In this document: positions 1-8,503 of the stretch, piece after piece
How the letters are laid out: each line of letters begins with the position of its first letter
How positions within the stretch are numbered: position 1 is the stretch's first letter
Assembly: GCA_965652295.1 (NCBI GenBank)
Contig: CBFGTS010000017.1
Span: 1-64,000, forward strand
Source of the DNA: an uncultured Haloferula sp.
GTDB taxonomy: Bacteria; Verrucomicrobiota; Verrucomicrobiia; Verrucomicrobiales; Akkermansiaceae
Direction of reading: 5' to 3'
Length of the DNA: 64,000 bases
Notes under the pieces: generated by a model
What the model was told of the DNA's origin: nothing
What the model saw: the letters and a program-made list of their open reading frames with translations, nothing else
The model's database searches: none
Position numbers and translations under genes: made by a program

Positions 1-53
1 CGTGGAACTCGCTTGCGCCATGATCCTGCTCAACGCACTTTTGAGATAGCTTC
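1..53 (+). mobile_element. Right end of a probable IS5-family insertion sequence (transposase C-terminus plus terminal inverted repeat), truncated by window edge
   Basis: Frame from nt 2 reads VELACAMILLNALLR* (stop 47-49), resembling IS5-family transposase C-termini; the stop lies inside TTTTGAGATAGCTTC (39-53) followed by TAA, typical of IS427/IS1031-group ends. Only 53 nt visible. Confidence 0.5.
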
Positions 54-108
54 TAAACTCGCGCCCGCGGCCGAGATGTCCGTGGCTGGAGTGAACGGAG
101 GGAGGGCT

Positions 109-1164
109 TTAGCCCATGGCCTGCGCCATGCGCACGACCTGCCTCCTCAGCTCGGCTCCCCCTTGGAGCCCCTCGATGAACCGCTCCGGGATTCCGGACA
201 GTCCCACCTGCGCGCCCACCAGGGCGCCCGTCATGCAGGCGCGGCTCATGTTCTGGCCACCGCCGTTGATCGCGTGCAGCACCGCGCTTTCGAAGTCATC
301 GGAGAACCGCGCGGCCAGGTAATACGCGGCCGGCAGGACGAACTGGATCGCGCAGGACATTCCATAGACCCACGAAACCTTCCACGCGGGTTCGATGGCG
401 ATGGCAGGATCGTCCGTCGCCCGGGCGATCCATGACGGCTGCAACAAGGCGTCCGGCGAGGGGAATGCCGGCAGCCCGTCGGGCCCGCCGGTCTCCATCA
501 CCGAGCTCGACATGACGAAGGGCACGCCTCCCTCCTTCACTCGCTTCATGAGCCGCGGGGAAAGGTTCTCATCGAAAGAGCCACCGTCGACCAGATCGGC
601 CAGCACCAGGGCGAAGGCCACGCTTTGCTGGAGCACCAGCGGGTCGTTCTGGGCGACGCGGCTGCAATCGTACGCCATCCGCGACACCGCCGCCGGATCC
701 GCGGCGTGCCGTGCGGCGATCACGCAGCAGCGCTCCGCCGCCTCGGAAGTATCGGCATTTCCCGCCGATTCCGACCATGGCTTCCCGTGTTTCACCCTCG
801 CCTCCCACACCTGGCGGAACGAATGATTGGTGAAACCCCCAGGTCCGTTTCCGGCCTCGCCGTCGAGTTGCGGGAGCAGTTCCTCGTCGAGCCGCTTGCG
901 GAAGTCTTCTCCCTCATAGCCGCCGCGCTCGATCACCGACTCCAGCAGCATCCGGATGATCCGCCCCGTTTGCGACAGCTCACCGGCCAACATCCCGGCG
1001 TGGTAGTGGTCCGGCTTCGGGGTCGTGTAGTCATCGATCCAATCGCCATGCGCCTGCCGCAGTTCGTCGAGGTCGTAGTACCAATGCGGGCCCAGCCCGA
1101 GCGCATCGCCGATCAAGGCCCCCATCACGCAACCCGCCGCCCGGTCTTTCCGATCTGTTTTCAT
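109..1164 (-). CDS. ADP-ribosylglycohydrolase / crystallin J1-like family protein
   Basis: N-terminal GALIGDALG motif and C-terminal AINGGGQNMSRACMTGALVGAQVG.SGIP match the ARH/DraG fold; canonical TDD and DxDT metal ligands are absent. Confidence 0.85.
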   Translation of the reverse strand: MKTDRKDRAAGCVMGALIGDALGLGPHWYYDLDELRQAHGDWIDDYTTPKPDHYHAGMLAGELSQTGRIIRMLLESVIERGGYEGEDFRKRLDEELLPQLDGEAGNGPGGFTNHSFRQVWEARVKHGKPWSESAGNADTSEAAERCCVIAARHAADPAAVSRMAYDCSRVAQNDPLVLQQSVAFALVLADLVDGGSFDENLSPRLMKRVKEGGVPFVMSSSVMETGGPDGLPAFPSPDALLQPSWIARATDDPAIAIEPAWKVSWVYGMSCAIQFVLPAAYYLAARFSDDFESAVLHAINGGGQNMSRACMTGALVGAQVGLSGIPERFIEGLQGGAELRRQVVRMAQAMG

Positions 1165-1289
1165 GAGGGAAAGGACAGCGCCCTGGCGGCCGCGTCAAAC
1201 TTCGGGCGAAGTCGCACCAAGATCATCTGCGGGCGGGATGCGCGCGGCTTGCGTGGGTGGAGGGAGGTTTGCTAGACGGGAGCGCCGCC

Positions 1290-2252
1290 ATGAACCGTAT
1301 CGACCGCCTCACCGGAATGATCCTGCTCCTTCAGGCGCAGCGGGTGATCACCGCCGAGCGGATCGCGGAGCATTTCGAGGTGAGCGTGCGGACGGTCTAT
1401 CGCGATCTGGGTGCCCTGGCTGAGGCGGGGGTTCCGATCGTCGCGGAGGCGGGCGTCGGTTACAGCCTGATGCGCGGCTACCACATGCCGCCGGTGATGT
1501 TCACCGAGGATGAGGCGGCGGCGCTTTTCATGAGCGGCGAGGTGGCCGGGCAGATCGCCGATGCCTCGCTCCGCCAGTCGCTGCGGGCGGCGATGTTGAA
1601 GATCCGCTCGGTGCTGCCGGAGGAGCGCAAGGAATACCTGAGTCGCCTGGATCACGCCATCGGCGTATGGTTCCGCCGCCCGGAGGGCGATGAGAAGCGG
1701 GATTCGCTGATGCCGATCCAGGACGCCATCGTGCGCCGTCGTTGTCTCGCCATCCGCTACAACACGGCCAACCTCGGGGCGATCACCCGCCGGGTGGTGG
1801 AGCCGCTCGGCTTGGTTTTCTACGCGCGCCAGTGGCATCTCATCGGCTGGTGCCGCTTGAGGCGGGATTTTCGGGATTTCCGCCTCGATCGGATGGCGTC
1901 CTGGCAGGTGCTCGACGAGTGTTTCAGCGGACACGAAGGTTTTTCGGTGAAGGATTTCGTCAGGGAATGTCCGAATGGTTCCGAGCTGGTGCCGGTCACC
2001 ATCCGGGTGGCGGTGGAGGGGGCGGAGCGTTTCCGGGCGGAGATGCCCTGCATGCCCTTGTCCGAGGAGGTGGAGCCGGGCGGGTGGGTGGAGATGGAGT
2101 TGCTGGCGTTTTCGCTGGATTGGTTGGTCGACTGGTTACTGGGCTTCGGAGTCAAGGTGGAGGCGGTGGCCCCGGATGAGCTGAGGGTGAAGATCCGCGC
2201 GGCGGCCCTTGCCGTGGCGGAGCGCCACGGGGAGGTTTTCGCGGCCGTCTGA
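1290..2252 (+). CDS. YafY-family HTH-WYL-WCX transcriptional regulator
   Basis: MNRIDRL..., HTH FEVSVRTVYRDL, GVGY, WYL core WHLIGWCRLRRDFRDFRLDRM; start moved to ATG 1290. Confidence 0.93.
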   Translation: MNRIDRLTGMILLLQAQRVITAERIAEHFEVSVRTVYRDLGALAEAGVPIVAEAGVGYSLMRGYHMPPVMFTEDEAAALFMSGEVAGQIADASLRQSLRAAMLKIRSVLPEERKEYLSRLDHAIGVWFRRPEGDEKRDSLMPIQDAIVRRRCLAIRYNTANLGAITRRVVEPLGLVFYARQWHLIGWCRLRRDFRDFRLDRMASWQVLDECFSGHEGFSVKDFVRECPNGSELVPVTIRVAVEGAERFRAEMPCMPLSEEVEPGGWVEMELLAFSLDWLVDWLLGFGVKVEAVAPDELRVKIRAAALAVAERHGEVFAAV

Positions 2253-2259
2253 AAGGCTC

Positions 2260-2277
2260 CTGACATAGGGTTGTCAG
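2260..2277. promoter_or_regulatory. Palindromic operator CTGACA-N6-TGTCAG, probable binding site of the adjacent WYL regulator
   Basis: Perfect 6-bp inverted repeat between WYL gene stop and VOC gene, followed ~11 nt later by an extended -10-like TG-T-TGGAAT. Confidence 0.65.
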
Positions 2278-2339
2278 TGCGGCGTGTTGGAATCCGCCCG
2301 TCGCCCGGAAATGGAGGCGACAGCGACTGAACAACGATC

Positions 2340-2711
2340 ATGAAAACGAACGCACTCAACTGGTTTGAAATCGCCACCAAGGATCTCACGAAAGCCGTCG
2401 ATTTCTACGGCACCATTCTGAACGTCAAGCTGGAGCCCGCCTCGATGGAGGGGTGCCGGATGGCGATGTTTCCCGCCGATCACGAGAAGGGCGTGGGCGG
2501 AGCCCTGACCGAGATGGATGGCTGCGATGCCGGCCCGGGCGGCACGCTCGTCTATCTGAATGTCGAGGGGGATCTCGATGGTGTGCTTTCCCGGATTCCC
2601 GAGGCCGGAGGCACGGTGATCAAGGAGCGCACGGACATTTCGCCGCACGGCTTCATCGGGATTTTCCGGGATCCCGAAGGCAACATCGTGGGGCTCCACA
2701 GCATGGTGTGA
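2340..2711 (+). CDS. VOC (glyoxalase/bleomycin-resistance) family protein
   Basis: NWFEIATKDLTKAVDFY ... GTLVYLNV ... FRDPEGNIVGL. Confidence 0.92.
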   Translation: MKTNALNWFEIATKDLTKAVDFYGTILNVKLEPASMEGCRMAMFPADHEKGVGGALTEMDGCDAGPGGTLVYLNVEGDLDGVLSRIPEAGGTVIKERTDISPHGFIGIFRDPEGNIVGLHSMV

Positions 2712-2720
2712 TGGATGGAC

Positions 2721-2750
2721 GGAGCCGCCCCGGAAGATCCGGGCGGCTCC
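2721..2750 (+). terminator. GC-rich hairpin after VOC gene (terminator-like, no U tract)
   Basis: GGAGCCGCCCCGG-AAGAT-CCGGGCGGCTCC. Confidence 0.4.
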
Positions 2751-2839
2751 GGACTCGTCCGTTGCGGACTGGCGAGGGTGGGCGCGAACTTCCTCCTCGC
2801 GGCCACGCTCATTCCCGTCAGCATGGGAAGAAAGACACG

Positions 2840-3250
2840 ATGGTGCCCCTCCATGCTACCGCCCTGCTTGCCGCCTTCTTGATGACCGGGTGTATTCTGC
2901 CGGTGCCGCATCGTCGGATGCATGTCGAGGGCCTTGATGCCAAGGTGGTGGACGAAAAAAGCGAGGCGCCCATCCATGGGGCCAAGGTTTCGAGTTCCGA
3001 TGGAACACGGGTTCTGGCCATCACCGACCGTCAAGGGGGCTTCAAGATACCGCCTGCATACGGGTGGCATGGTGCCTATCTCATCGGCCCGATTTCCTAT
3101 TCGTTGGCGCCCTATTTCGATATGCCGAGCGCACCTCCCCCGTTTCGGGTCGAGGCCTCGGGATACTCGATGAGAACCGTGCCGCCGTATGAAGAACTCG
3201 GGCTCTCAGGTTCCGATGGTCGGGCGACCATTCGATTGAGTCCGGAGTAG
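2840..3250 (+). CDS. Hypothetical lipoprotein, possibly carboxypeptidase-regulatory-like beta-sandwich
   Basis: Signal peptide with lipobox LMTG-C; KVVD..SEAPIHGAKV...TDRQGGF pattern; start moved to ATG 2840. Confidence 0.6.
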   Translation: MVPLHATALLAAFLMTGCILPVPHRRMHVEGLDAKVVDEKSEAPIHGAKVSSSDGTRVLAITDRQGGFKIPPAYGWHGAYLIGPISYSLAPYFDMPSAPPPFRVEASGYSMRTVPPYEELGLSGSDGRATIRLSPE

Positions 3251-3402
3251 CAGCCCGGGAGGGGCTTCCGGCCTTCATGGCTGTCGAAGCCGCAGTTCGC
3301 CGAGCGTCCCGCCATCGGGATGTGGTCCGGATTGTCAGAATTGAAGATTGAAAATCAAAGAGTTGTGATGCTGACACGGATCCCTTCACTTTTTGTCATG
3401 AA

Positions 3403-3418
3403 TGGCGCTCATGATGCT
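3403..3418 (+). promoter_or_regulatory. Sigma54 (-24/-12) promoter upstream of amtB
   Basis: TGGCGCTCATGATGCT = GG-N10-GC with TGGC and TGCT, directly upstream of an ammonium transporter. Confidence 0.6.
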
Positions 3419-3432
3419 TCATGCTCCGCCTC

Positions 3433-4773
3433 ATGTCTGATTCATGCATGCCCTCCCTTGATCGCGGTCGCTCCGGCGGCCGGGCCGTCCTGACCGGGCC
3501 TTTTGGTGCCCTCGCTCTGCTCCTTGTTTCCTCGCTGCCGGCGGCGGCGCAGGAGGCGGAACCGGTTCTCGATACCGGGGACACGGCGTGGATGCTGGTT
3601 TCCACGGTGCTCGTCCTGCTGATGACCCTGCCGGGGTTGGCGCTGTTCTATGGCGGCTTGGTGAGGTCGAAGAACGTGCTCTCCATCCTGGTGCAGTGCT
3701 TCGTGCTGGCGGGCGTGATGAGCCTGCTGTGGATCGTCTTCGGCGCGAGCTTTGCGACCGGCAGCAGCGACAACCTTTTCATCGGGGACGCCTCGAAGAT
3801 CATGCTGGGGCACATGACGGCGGACACGCTGAACGGGACCATCCCGGAAAGCGTGTGGATCACCTTCCAGATGACTTTCATCATCATCACGCCGGCGCTG
3901 ATCGTCGGGGCGTTCGCGGAGCGGATGAAGTTCCCGGCGATCCTGATTTTCACCACGATCTGGACGATCCTCTCCTACCTGCCGGTGTGGCACATGGCGT
4001 GGGGCGGGGGGCTTTTCCACCACTGGAACGTGCTCGATTTTGCAGGCGGCACGGTGGTCCATATCAACGCCGGCGTGGCGGGCCTGGTGGCCTGCATGAT
4101 GATCGGCCCGCGCCGCGGCTACCCCGGCCCCGGCCTGGCACCGCACAACGTTCCTTTCACCGTCATGGGGGCGGGCCTGCTGTGGGTCGGCTGGTTCGGT
4201 TTCAACGCGGGCTCGGCCCTGGGAGCGAACGGTTCGGCCGGGATGGCCATGCTGGTCACCCATGTGGCGAGCGCCACGGGCGTGCTGGTGTGGATGGCGC
4301 TGGAGTGGCTCATTCAGAAAAAGCCGACCGCCGTCGGCGTGGCGACCGGTGCGGTCGCGGGCCTGGTGGCCATCACTCCGGCCGCGGGCTCGACGACGGT
4401 GGGCGGTGCGCTGGCGATCGGTGGGATTTCGGCGTTCATCTGTTATTTCACCGCGACGAAGGTGAAACACATGTTCCGGATCGATGACTCGCTGGACGTG
4501 TTCGCGGTCCACGGCATCGGCGGGATCATCGGCGCGGTGCTGACCGGCGTGTTCCTGCGCGAGGGTGTGTTGGCGGAGGGCATGACCGTGGCCAGCCAGA
4601 CTTGGGCGCAAACGAAGAGCGTGCTGGTGACCATCGGTTGGAGCGCGGTGGCGGCGGTCATCGGCCTGACCGTTGCGCGTTTCACCGTCGGCCTGCGCGT
4701 CAGCGACGAGGAAGAAATGGGCGGCCTCGACCGCACGGTCCACGGCGAGGAAGCATACAACACGGAGAGCTGA
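3433..4773 (+). CDS. amtB: Ammonium transporter (Amt family)
   Basis: DTAWMLVS..LVLLMTLPGLALFYGG, FQMTF, DFAGGTVVHI, PHN, GWFGFNAGS, DDSLDVFAVHG; start 3433 or 3448 (ATG 3421 lies upstream of the predicted sigma54 TSS). Confidence 0.96.
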   Translation: MSDSCMPSLDRGRSGGRAVLTGPFGALALLLVSSLPAAAQEAEPVLDTGDTAWMLVSTVLVLLMTLPGLALFYGGLVRSKNVLSILVQCFVLAGVMSLLWIVFGASFATGSSDNLFIGDASKIMLGHMTADTLNGTIPESVWITFQMTFIIITPALIVGAFAERMKFPAILIFTTIWTILSYLPVWHMAWGGGLFHHWNVLDFAGGTVVHINAGVAGLVACMMIGPRRGYPGPGLAPHNVPFTVMGAGLLWVGWFGFNAGSALGANGSAGMAMLVTHVASATGVLVWMALEWLIQKKPTAVGVATGAVAGLVAITPAAGSTTVGGALAIGGISAFICYFTATKVKHMFRIDDSLDVFAVHGIGGIIGAVLTGVFLREGVLAEGMTVASQTWAQTKSVLVTIGWSAVAAVIGLTVARFTVGLRVSDEEEMGGLDRTVHGEEAYNTES

Positions 4774-4801
4774 ACGGGTTTCCGAGATTCCCCCCACAAC
4801 G

Positions 4802-4839
4802 ACAAGGCCGCGCCGGGAAACCGGTGCGGCCTTTGTTTT
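4802..4839 (+). terminator. Intrinsic terminator between convergent amtB and porin genes
   Basis: AAGGCCGCGCCGG-GAAA-CCGGTGCGGCCTT followed by TGTTTT. Confidence 0.8.
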
Positions 4840-4866
4840 CCTCCGCCTCAGGGTGGGGCGGAGTCT

Positions 4867-6117
4867 TCAGAAGTAGGTCCGGAAGGCGATGGTGTAGGTC
4901 CAGGCGGAAACCTCGCCCTTGCGGGTGTCGATGTTGGTGCGGGAGAGGCCGCCCATGATCTTCGCGTTGTTGTCGCAGATGTAGTAGTTCAGCCCGGCGT
5001 AGAGGGTTTCGCTGCGGTCGCCGCGGCCGTTGCTCACGTCCACCAGCGGGTCGTCGTGACGGGCGCGGATGTAGCGGCTGTCGAGGCGGATGCCTTCCTC
5101 CTCCTCGGCGCGCTGGTATTGATAGGCGCAGACGAACTGCAGCCTGTCCTCAAGTATCCAGTACCAGGGCATCACCACGCCGCCCCAGAAATCACCCTGA
5201 CGGCGTTGGCGGACGTTGCCTTCGTCGGCACCGCCGTTGTCGCCATAGGCCCCGTTGACCAGGATGCCCCAGCGCTCGTCTTCATAGACGCCGGAGAGCG
5301 AGCTGACCCAGGCATATCCCAGCGCCATATCGAAGCCGTGCTGGTTGTTCACCACCTGGTCGAAGACGAAGCGCCATTCGTCGGCAGGCTCCCACTCCAG
5401 GCTGCCGTAGTAAAAGCGGCCGTCGTTCCAGCCGCCCAGCATGTCGGCATCGTCCTCGCCGCTGAACATGCCGAGTGTCAGGTCCCAATCGCCTTTGCCC
5501 AGCACGATCATGCCACCGGTCGGCCGGCTTTCATCGCCTCCGATCCGGTCGGAAATCGCGGAACGCTCGATGGTCAGGATCTCGCGCGACGACTGGTGGG
5601 ACTCCGCCCCGACCTTCAGCTTCATCTTGCCGTAAACGAGCTCCAGTTTGTCGAGCCACTTCAAGTCGAAGGCCGAATCGAGGTCGAGGCCGAGCGTGAA
5701 GGTGTCGAAGGTGTCGTAACCCCAGTCGAGGTCGTAGGGATAGCTGTCGCGGAAGCGCCGGTCGTCGACGAGGTTGACGTTGATCTCCGCCTCGAAGATG
5801 CGGAGGAACTCCCATTCGGTCTCCAGCCGTGCTCTACGGTATTCGTCGTAGGTGTCGTGGAAATGACGTCCGTTCACGTCCTTGCCGCCGACATGGGACG
5901 CCTGGTAGTGGAATCGCCCGCCGATCTGGACCTTGTTCAGAAACCAGCTTTCGTCGTTTTCGTAGAGCAGCCCGGGATCGTCCTTGATCCACTCGCAGAA
6001 ATCCCAGCCTTTGGCGGGCTTATCCGGTTTGTCGGGCTTCGGAACGGAGGCGTCCTTTTCCCCGGCATGCAGTACGGCGCAGGAAAGGGTGGCGAGGAGG
6101 AGCGGGGCGGACTTCAT
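4867..6117 (-). CDS. Outer-membrane porin, phosphate-selective OprO/OprP-like
   Basis: Signal peptide, IGGRFHYQ, EYRRARL, SSREILTIERS, YAGLNYY, C-terminal aromatic ...RTYF. Confidence 0.75.
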   Translation of the reverse strand: MKSAPLLLATLSCAVLHAGEKDASVPKPDKPDKPAKGWDFCEWIKDDPGLLYENDESWFLNKVQIGGRFHYQASHVGGKDVNGRHFHDTYDEYRRARLETEWEFLRIFEAEINVNLVDDRRFRDSYPYDLDWGYDTFDTFTLGLDLDSAFDLKWLDKLELVYGKMKLKVGAESHQSSREILTIERSAISDRIGGDESRPTGGMIVLGKGDWDLTLGMFSGEDDADMLGGWNDGRFYYGSLEWEPADEWRFVFDQVVNNQHGFDMALGYAWVSSLSGVYEDERWGILVNGAYGDNGGADEGNVRQRRQGDFWGGVVMPWYWILEDRLQFVCAYQYQRAEEEEGIRLDSRYIRARHDDPLVDVSNGRGDRSETLYAGLNYYICDNNAKIMGGLSRTNIDTRKGEVSAWTYTIAFRTYF

Positions 6118-6812
6118 GCGTCGAACTCCTGTTCGGTTGGGGAAAGCACGACGCGGTTGTTGCCGGACGCGAGCTGGAGCGATTCGAGGAACTCGGCGGT
6201 GCTGACGTTTTCCTTGAGCTGGAGGCCGTACCGCAGCTCCGTCATCATGCCGGCCTGGGCGGACGAGACGCGGATGAGTTGCGAGCGGGTGGTGAATTTC
6301 CCGAAGATCGGTTCGAGGAGTTTTTCAAAGTCCATGTCGTTGGTCAGCCGCATGGTCAGCAGGTGCGAGGCGCGCCGCGGAGCGAAGGCATTGGTCGCGG
6401 AAAGCGCATAGATGGCGATGCCGACCACCAGGATGATCACCAGCGCCATCGAGTAGTGCCGCGCGCCGACCACCATGCCGATGGCCATGGCGAAGAACAC
6501 GAACGCCAGATCCCGCGACTGCCCCAGCGTCCGCCGGAAGCGGATCACCGAGAAGGCCGCGAACATGCCGAAGGCGATCGCCCCGTTCCCACTGACCACC
6601 ATGATCAGGATGGTGGTGACCATGCCGATGATGATCAGCGTTTGGACATAGTCCTGGGAATAGCGGGTGCCTTTGTAGGTGCGGCGATAGATCGCGGCGA
6701 TGATGAGATTCAGAAAAAGGCTGTAGCCCATGGCTAGGGCCACTTCCCCGGGGCCGGGGACGCCGACGTTAGTGGGGGAGACGAGATCGGTGAACAGGTT
6801 GGCGAGGTTCAT
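6114..6812 (-). CDS. DUF4956 domain membrane protein
   Basis: IAFGMFAAFSVIRFRRTL...DLAFVFFAMAIGM signature; downstream of VTC gene. Confidence 0.85.
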   Translation of the reverse strand: MNLANLFTDLVSPTNVGVPGPGEVALAMGYSLFLNLIIAAIYRRTYKGTRYSQDYVQTLIIIGMVTTILIMVVSGNGAIAFGMFAAFSVIRFRRTLGQSRDLAFVFFAMAIGMVVGARHYSMALVIILVVGIAIYALSATNAFAPRRASHLLTMRLTNDMDFEKLLEPIFGKFTTRSQLIRVSSAQAGMMTELRYGLQLKENVSTAEFLESLQLASGNNRVVLSPTEQEFDA

Positions 6813-7542
6813 GGGGTGGGGTTTTGGCAGTGCGTTGAAATTCGTATCGCTCCAGGGCGATGGCGTACTTGCTGAAGCCGCGCGGGCTCAGGGAGAAGCG
6901 GCCCAGCAGGCTCCGGAACCAGTAGGGGACCGGACCGATGGTCTTCACCTCCATGATCGCGCAGCCTTTCTCCAGCAGCGGCAGGTCGGGCTCCGGTGCA
7001 GCGGTATCCAGCGGCTGGGTCGAAAACCCGCAACGGACGTCCGTGTCGAAGGTGACGCGGATGGTTCCATCCGCCCCGCTGTCGTAAGCGTAGCGATGGT
7101 ATTGGATGCGGACCACCGGCCCCTTGGGCGGGCTGCTGAGCAGCTCCTCCAGCTCGGTGCGGACGCGCATCTCGTCCTCGCTCACCTCCGTTGGCAGCTC
7201 GCCCCGGATGAAGGCTTCCAGTTCCTCATCGCAGGCCGGCAGCCGGCGTTTCACGGTCAGGCCGTCCTGCTTGTGCTTGATCTCGATGAAGCGCGTCAGC
7301 TCGCGGCCGCTGCCGGGCGTGCCATAGACCCGCGTGCGGATCCGGCGGCGGTTGGGCAGGCCGAAAATTTTCTCCCAGTAGCTGTCCCGCGCCTCGGAAT
7401 CGAAATACTCGGAAAGGATGCGATAACCGTCCGTGGTGCCGCGGTCCGCTTCCAGATGTTCGCCCACCGCCGCCCGCACCGCCGCCACGTTCTCCGCAGG
7501 GAGGAGAAACTTGAATTCGCGGCGGTCTTGGTGGGCGTCCAT
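6769..7542 (-). CDS. VTC-domain (polyphosphate polymerase-like, CYTH/TTM superfamily) protein
   Basis: RREFKF, SEYFD, RRRIRTRVY, FIEIKHK, YHRYAY, RVTFD, MEVK, FSKY motifs. Confidence 0.88.
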   Translation of the reverse strand: MDAHQDRREFKFLLPAENVAAVRAAVGEHLEADRGTTDGYRILSEYFDSEARDSYWEKIFGLPNRRRIRTRVYGTPGSGRELTRFIEIKHKQDGLTVKRRLPACDEELEAFIRGELPTEVSEDEMRVRTELEELLSSPPKGPVVRIQYHRYAYDSGADGTIRVTFDTDVRCGFSTQPLDTAAPEPDLPLLEKGCAIMEVKTIGPVPYWFRSLLGRFSLSPRGFSKYAIALERYEFQRTAKTPPHEPRQPVHRSRLPH

Positions 7543-7549
7543 TGAAAGG

Positions 7550-7567
7550 GTGACAAAATCGTAACAA
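7550..7567 (-). promoter_or_regulatory. Pho-box-like 11-bp direct repeat upstream of VTC operon
   Basis: Minus strand TTGTTAC-GATT-TTGTCAC, resembling CTGTCAT-N4-CTGTCAC PhoB/OmpR-type sites. Confidence 0.45.
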
Positions 7568-7847
7568 ACTCAGAGCACGAGGAAAAAATTGCGTATAGGG
7601 GCGTAGGATCTTCCTTTTCCGGTGCCGACTCCCCCATTAGGGGGGGCGCCAAGGAGCGTCGATCATGTCGAAATGGAAATTTCCTAACCGACACGCATAC
7701 ACGACAGATCCCGCCATCTTTCACGGACAACCCCTGATGTCGCAAGACGTTCCGTGATATGACACAATTGCGCGACAGACTGAGGACGGCCGACAGAGAA
7801 ACAAGGCACCCGCAAAATTCGTTTGCGGGTTCACCGATGGCGCGCTA

Positions 7848-7867
7848 CATACCAACCGGTTTGTATG
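7848..7867. promoter_or_regulatory. TetR-type palindromic operator overlapping the TetR start codon
   Basis: CATACCAACCGGTTTGTATG, near-perfect 20-bp palindrome ending in the ATG at 7865. Confidence 0.75.
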
Positions 7868-8494
7868 AAAAAGGAGCCGAAACGTCGTCGTAGCCCGGAG
7901 GAGACCCGTGAGGATCTCGTCCAAGCCACCGTGCGGCTGATCCTTCGGCAGGGCTTTGCGGCCACCCGGGTGGATGAGATTTGCGGTGAGGCAGGGGTGA
8001 CGAAGGGGGCGTTCTTCCACCATTTCAAGAGCAAGGAGGAGATCGGCGAGGCCGCCATCGAGTGGTGGGGACGCATGGGATGCGAGGTGTATGCGCCGGC
8101 CTGGGATGATGTGGAGGGTGATCCGCTGGAGCGGCTGCATCGGATGCTCGACATCATGAGCGGCTTCACCGAGCGCGAGGAGGCCTGCGTGTGCGTGGTG
8201 GGGATGATGTCCCAGGAGGCCGCCCAATCGAATCCCATCTTCCGCGCCGCAGCCGACCGCGAGCTGGTGCACTGGACGACGCGGGTGGCCGGGTTGCTCG
8301 ATCAAGCGAAGCAGGTCCATCCGCCGGCCGTCGATTTCGATTCCGTCACCCTTGCGTGGTTTCTCAACAGCCTTTGGCAGGGCTCCATGCTGGTGGCCAA
8401 AACCCATGGCGATGCCGCCCTGATCCGCTCCAACCTGCAGCTCGCCCGTCAGCATGTGGACACCCTCTTTTCCCCCACCTCATCCCCAACCTGA
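7865..8494 (+). CDS. TetR/AcrR family transcriptional regulator
   Basis: QGFAATRVDEICGEAGVTKGAFFHHFKSKEE HTH; start moved to ATG 7865. Confidence 0.95.
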   Translation: MKKEPKRRRSPEETREDLVQATVRLILRQGFAATRVDEICGEAGVTKGAFFHHFKSKEEIGEAAIEWWGRMGCEVYAPAWDDVEGDPLERLHRMLDIMSGFTEREEACVCVVGMMSQEAAQSNPIFRAAADRELVHWTTRVAGLLDQAKQVHPPAVDFDSVTLAWFLNSLWQGSMLVAKTHGDAALIRSNLQLARQHVDTLFSPTSSPT

Positions 8495-8503
8495 TAGAGA
8501 ACC

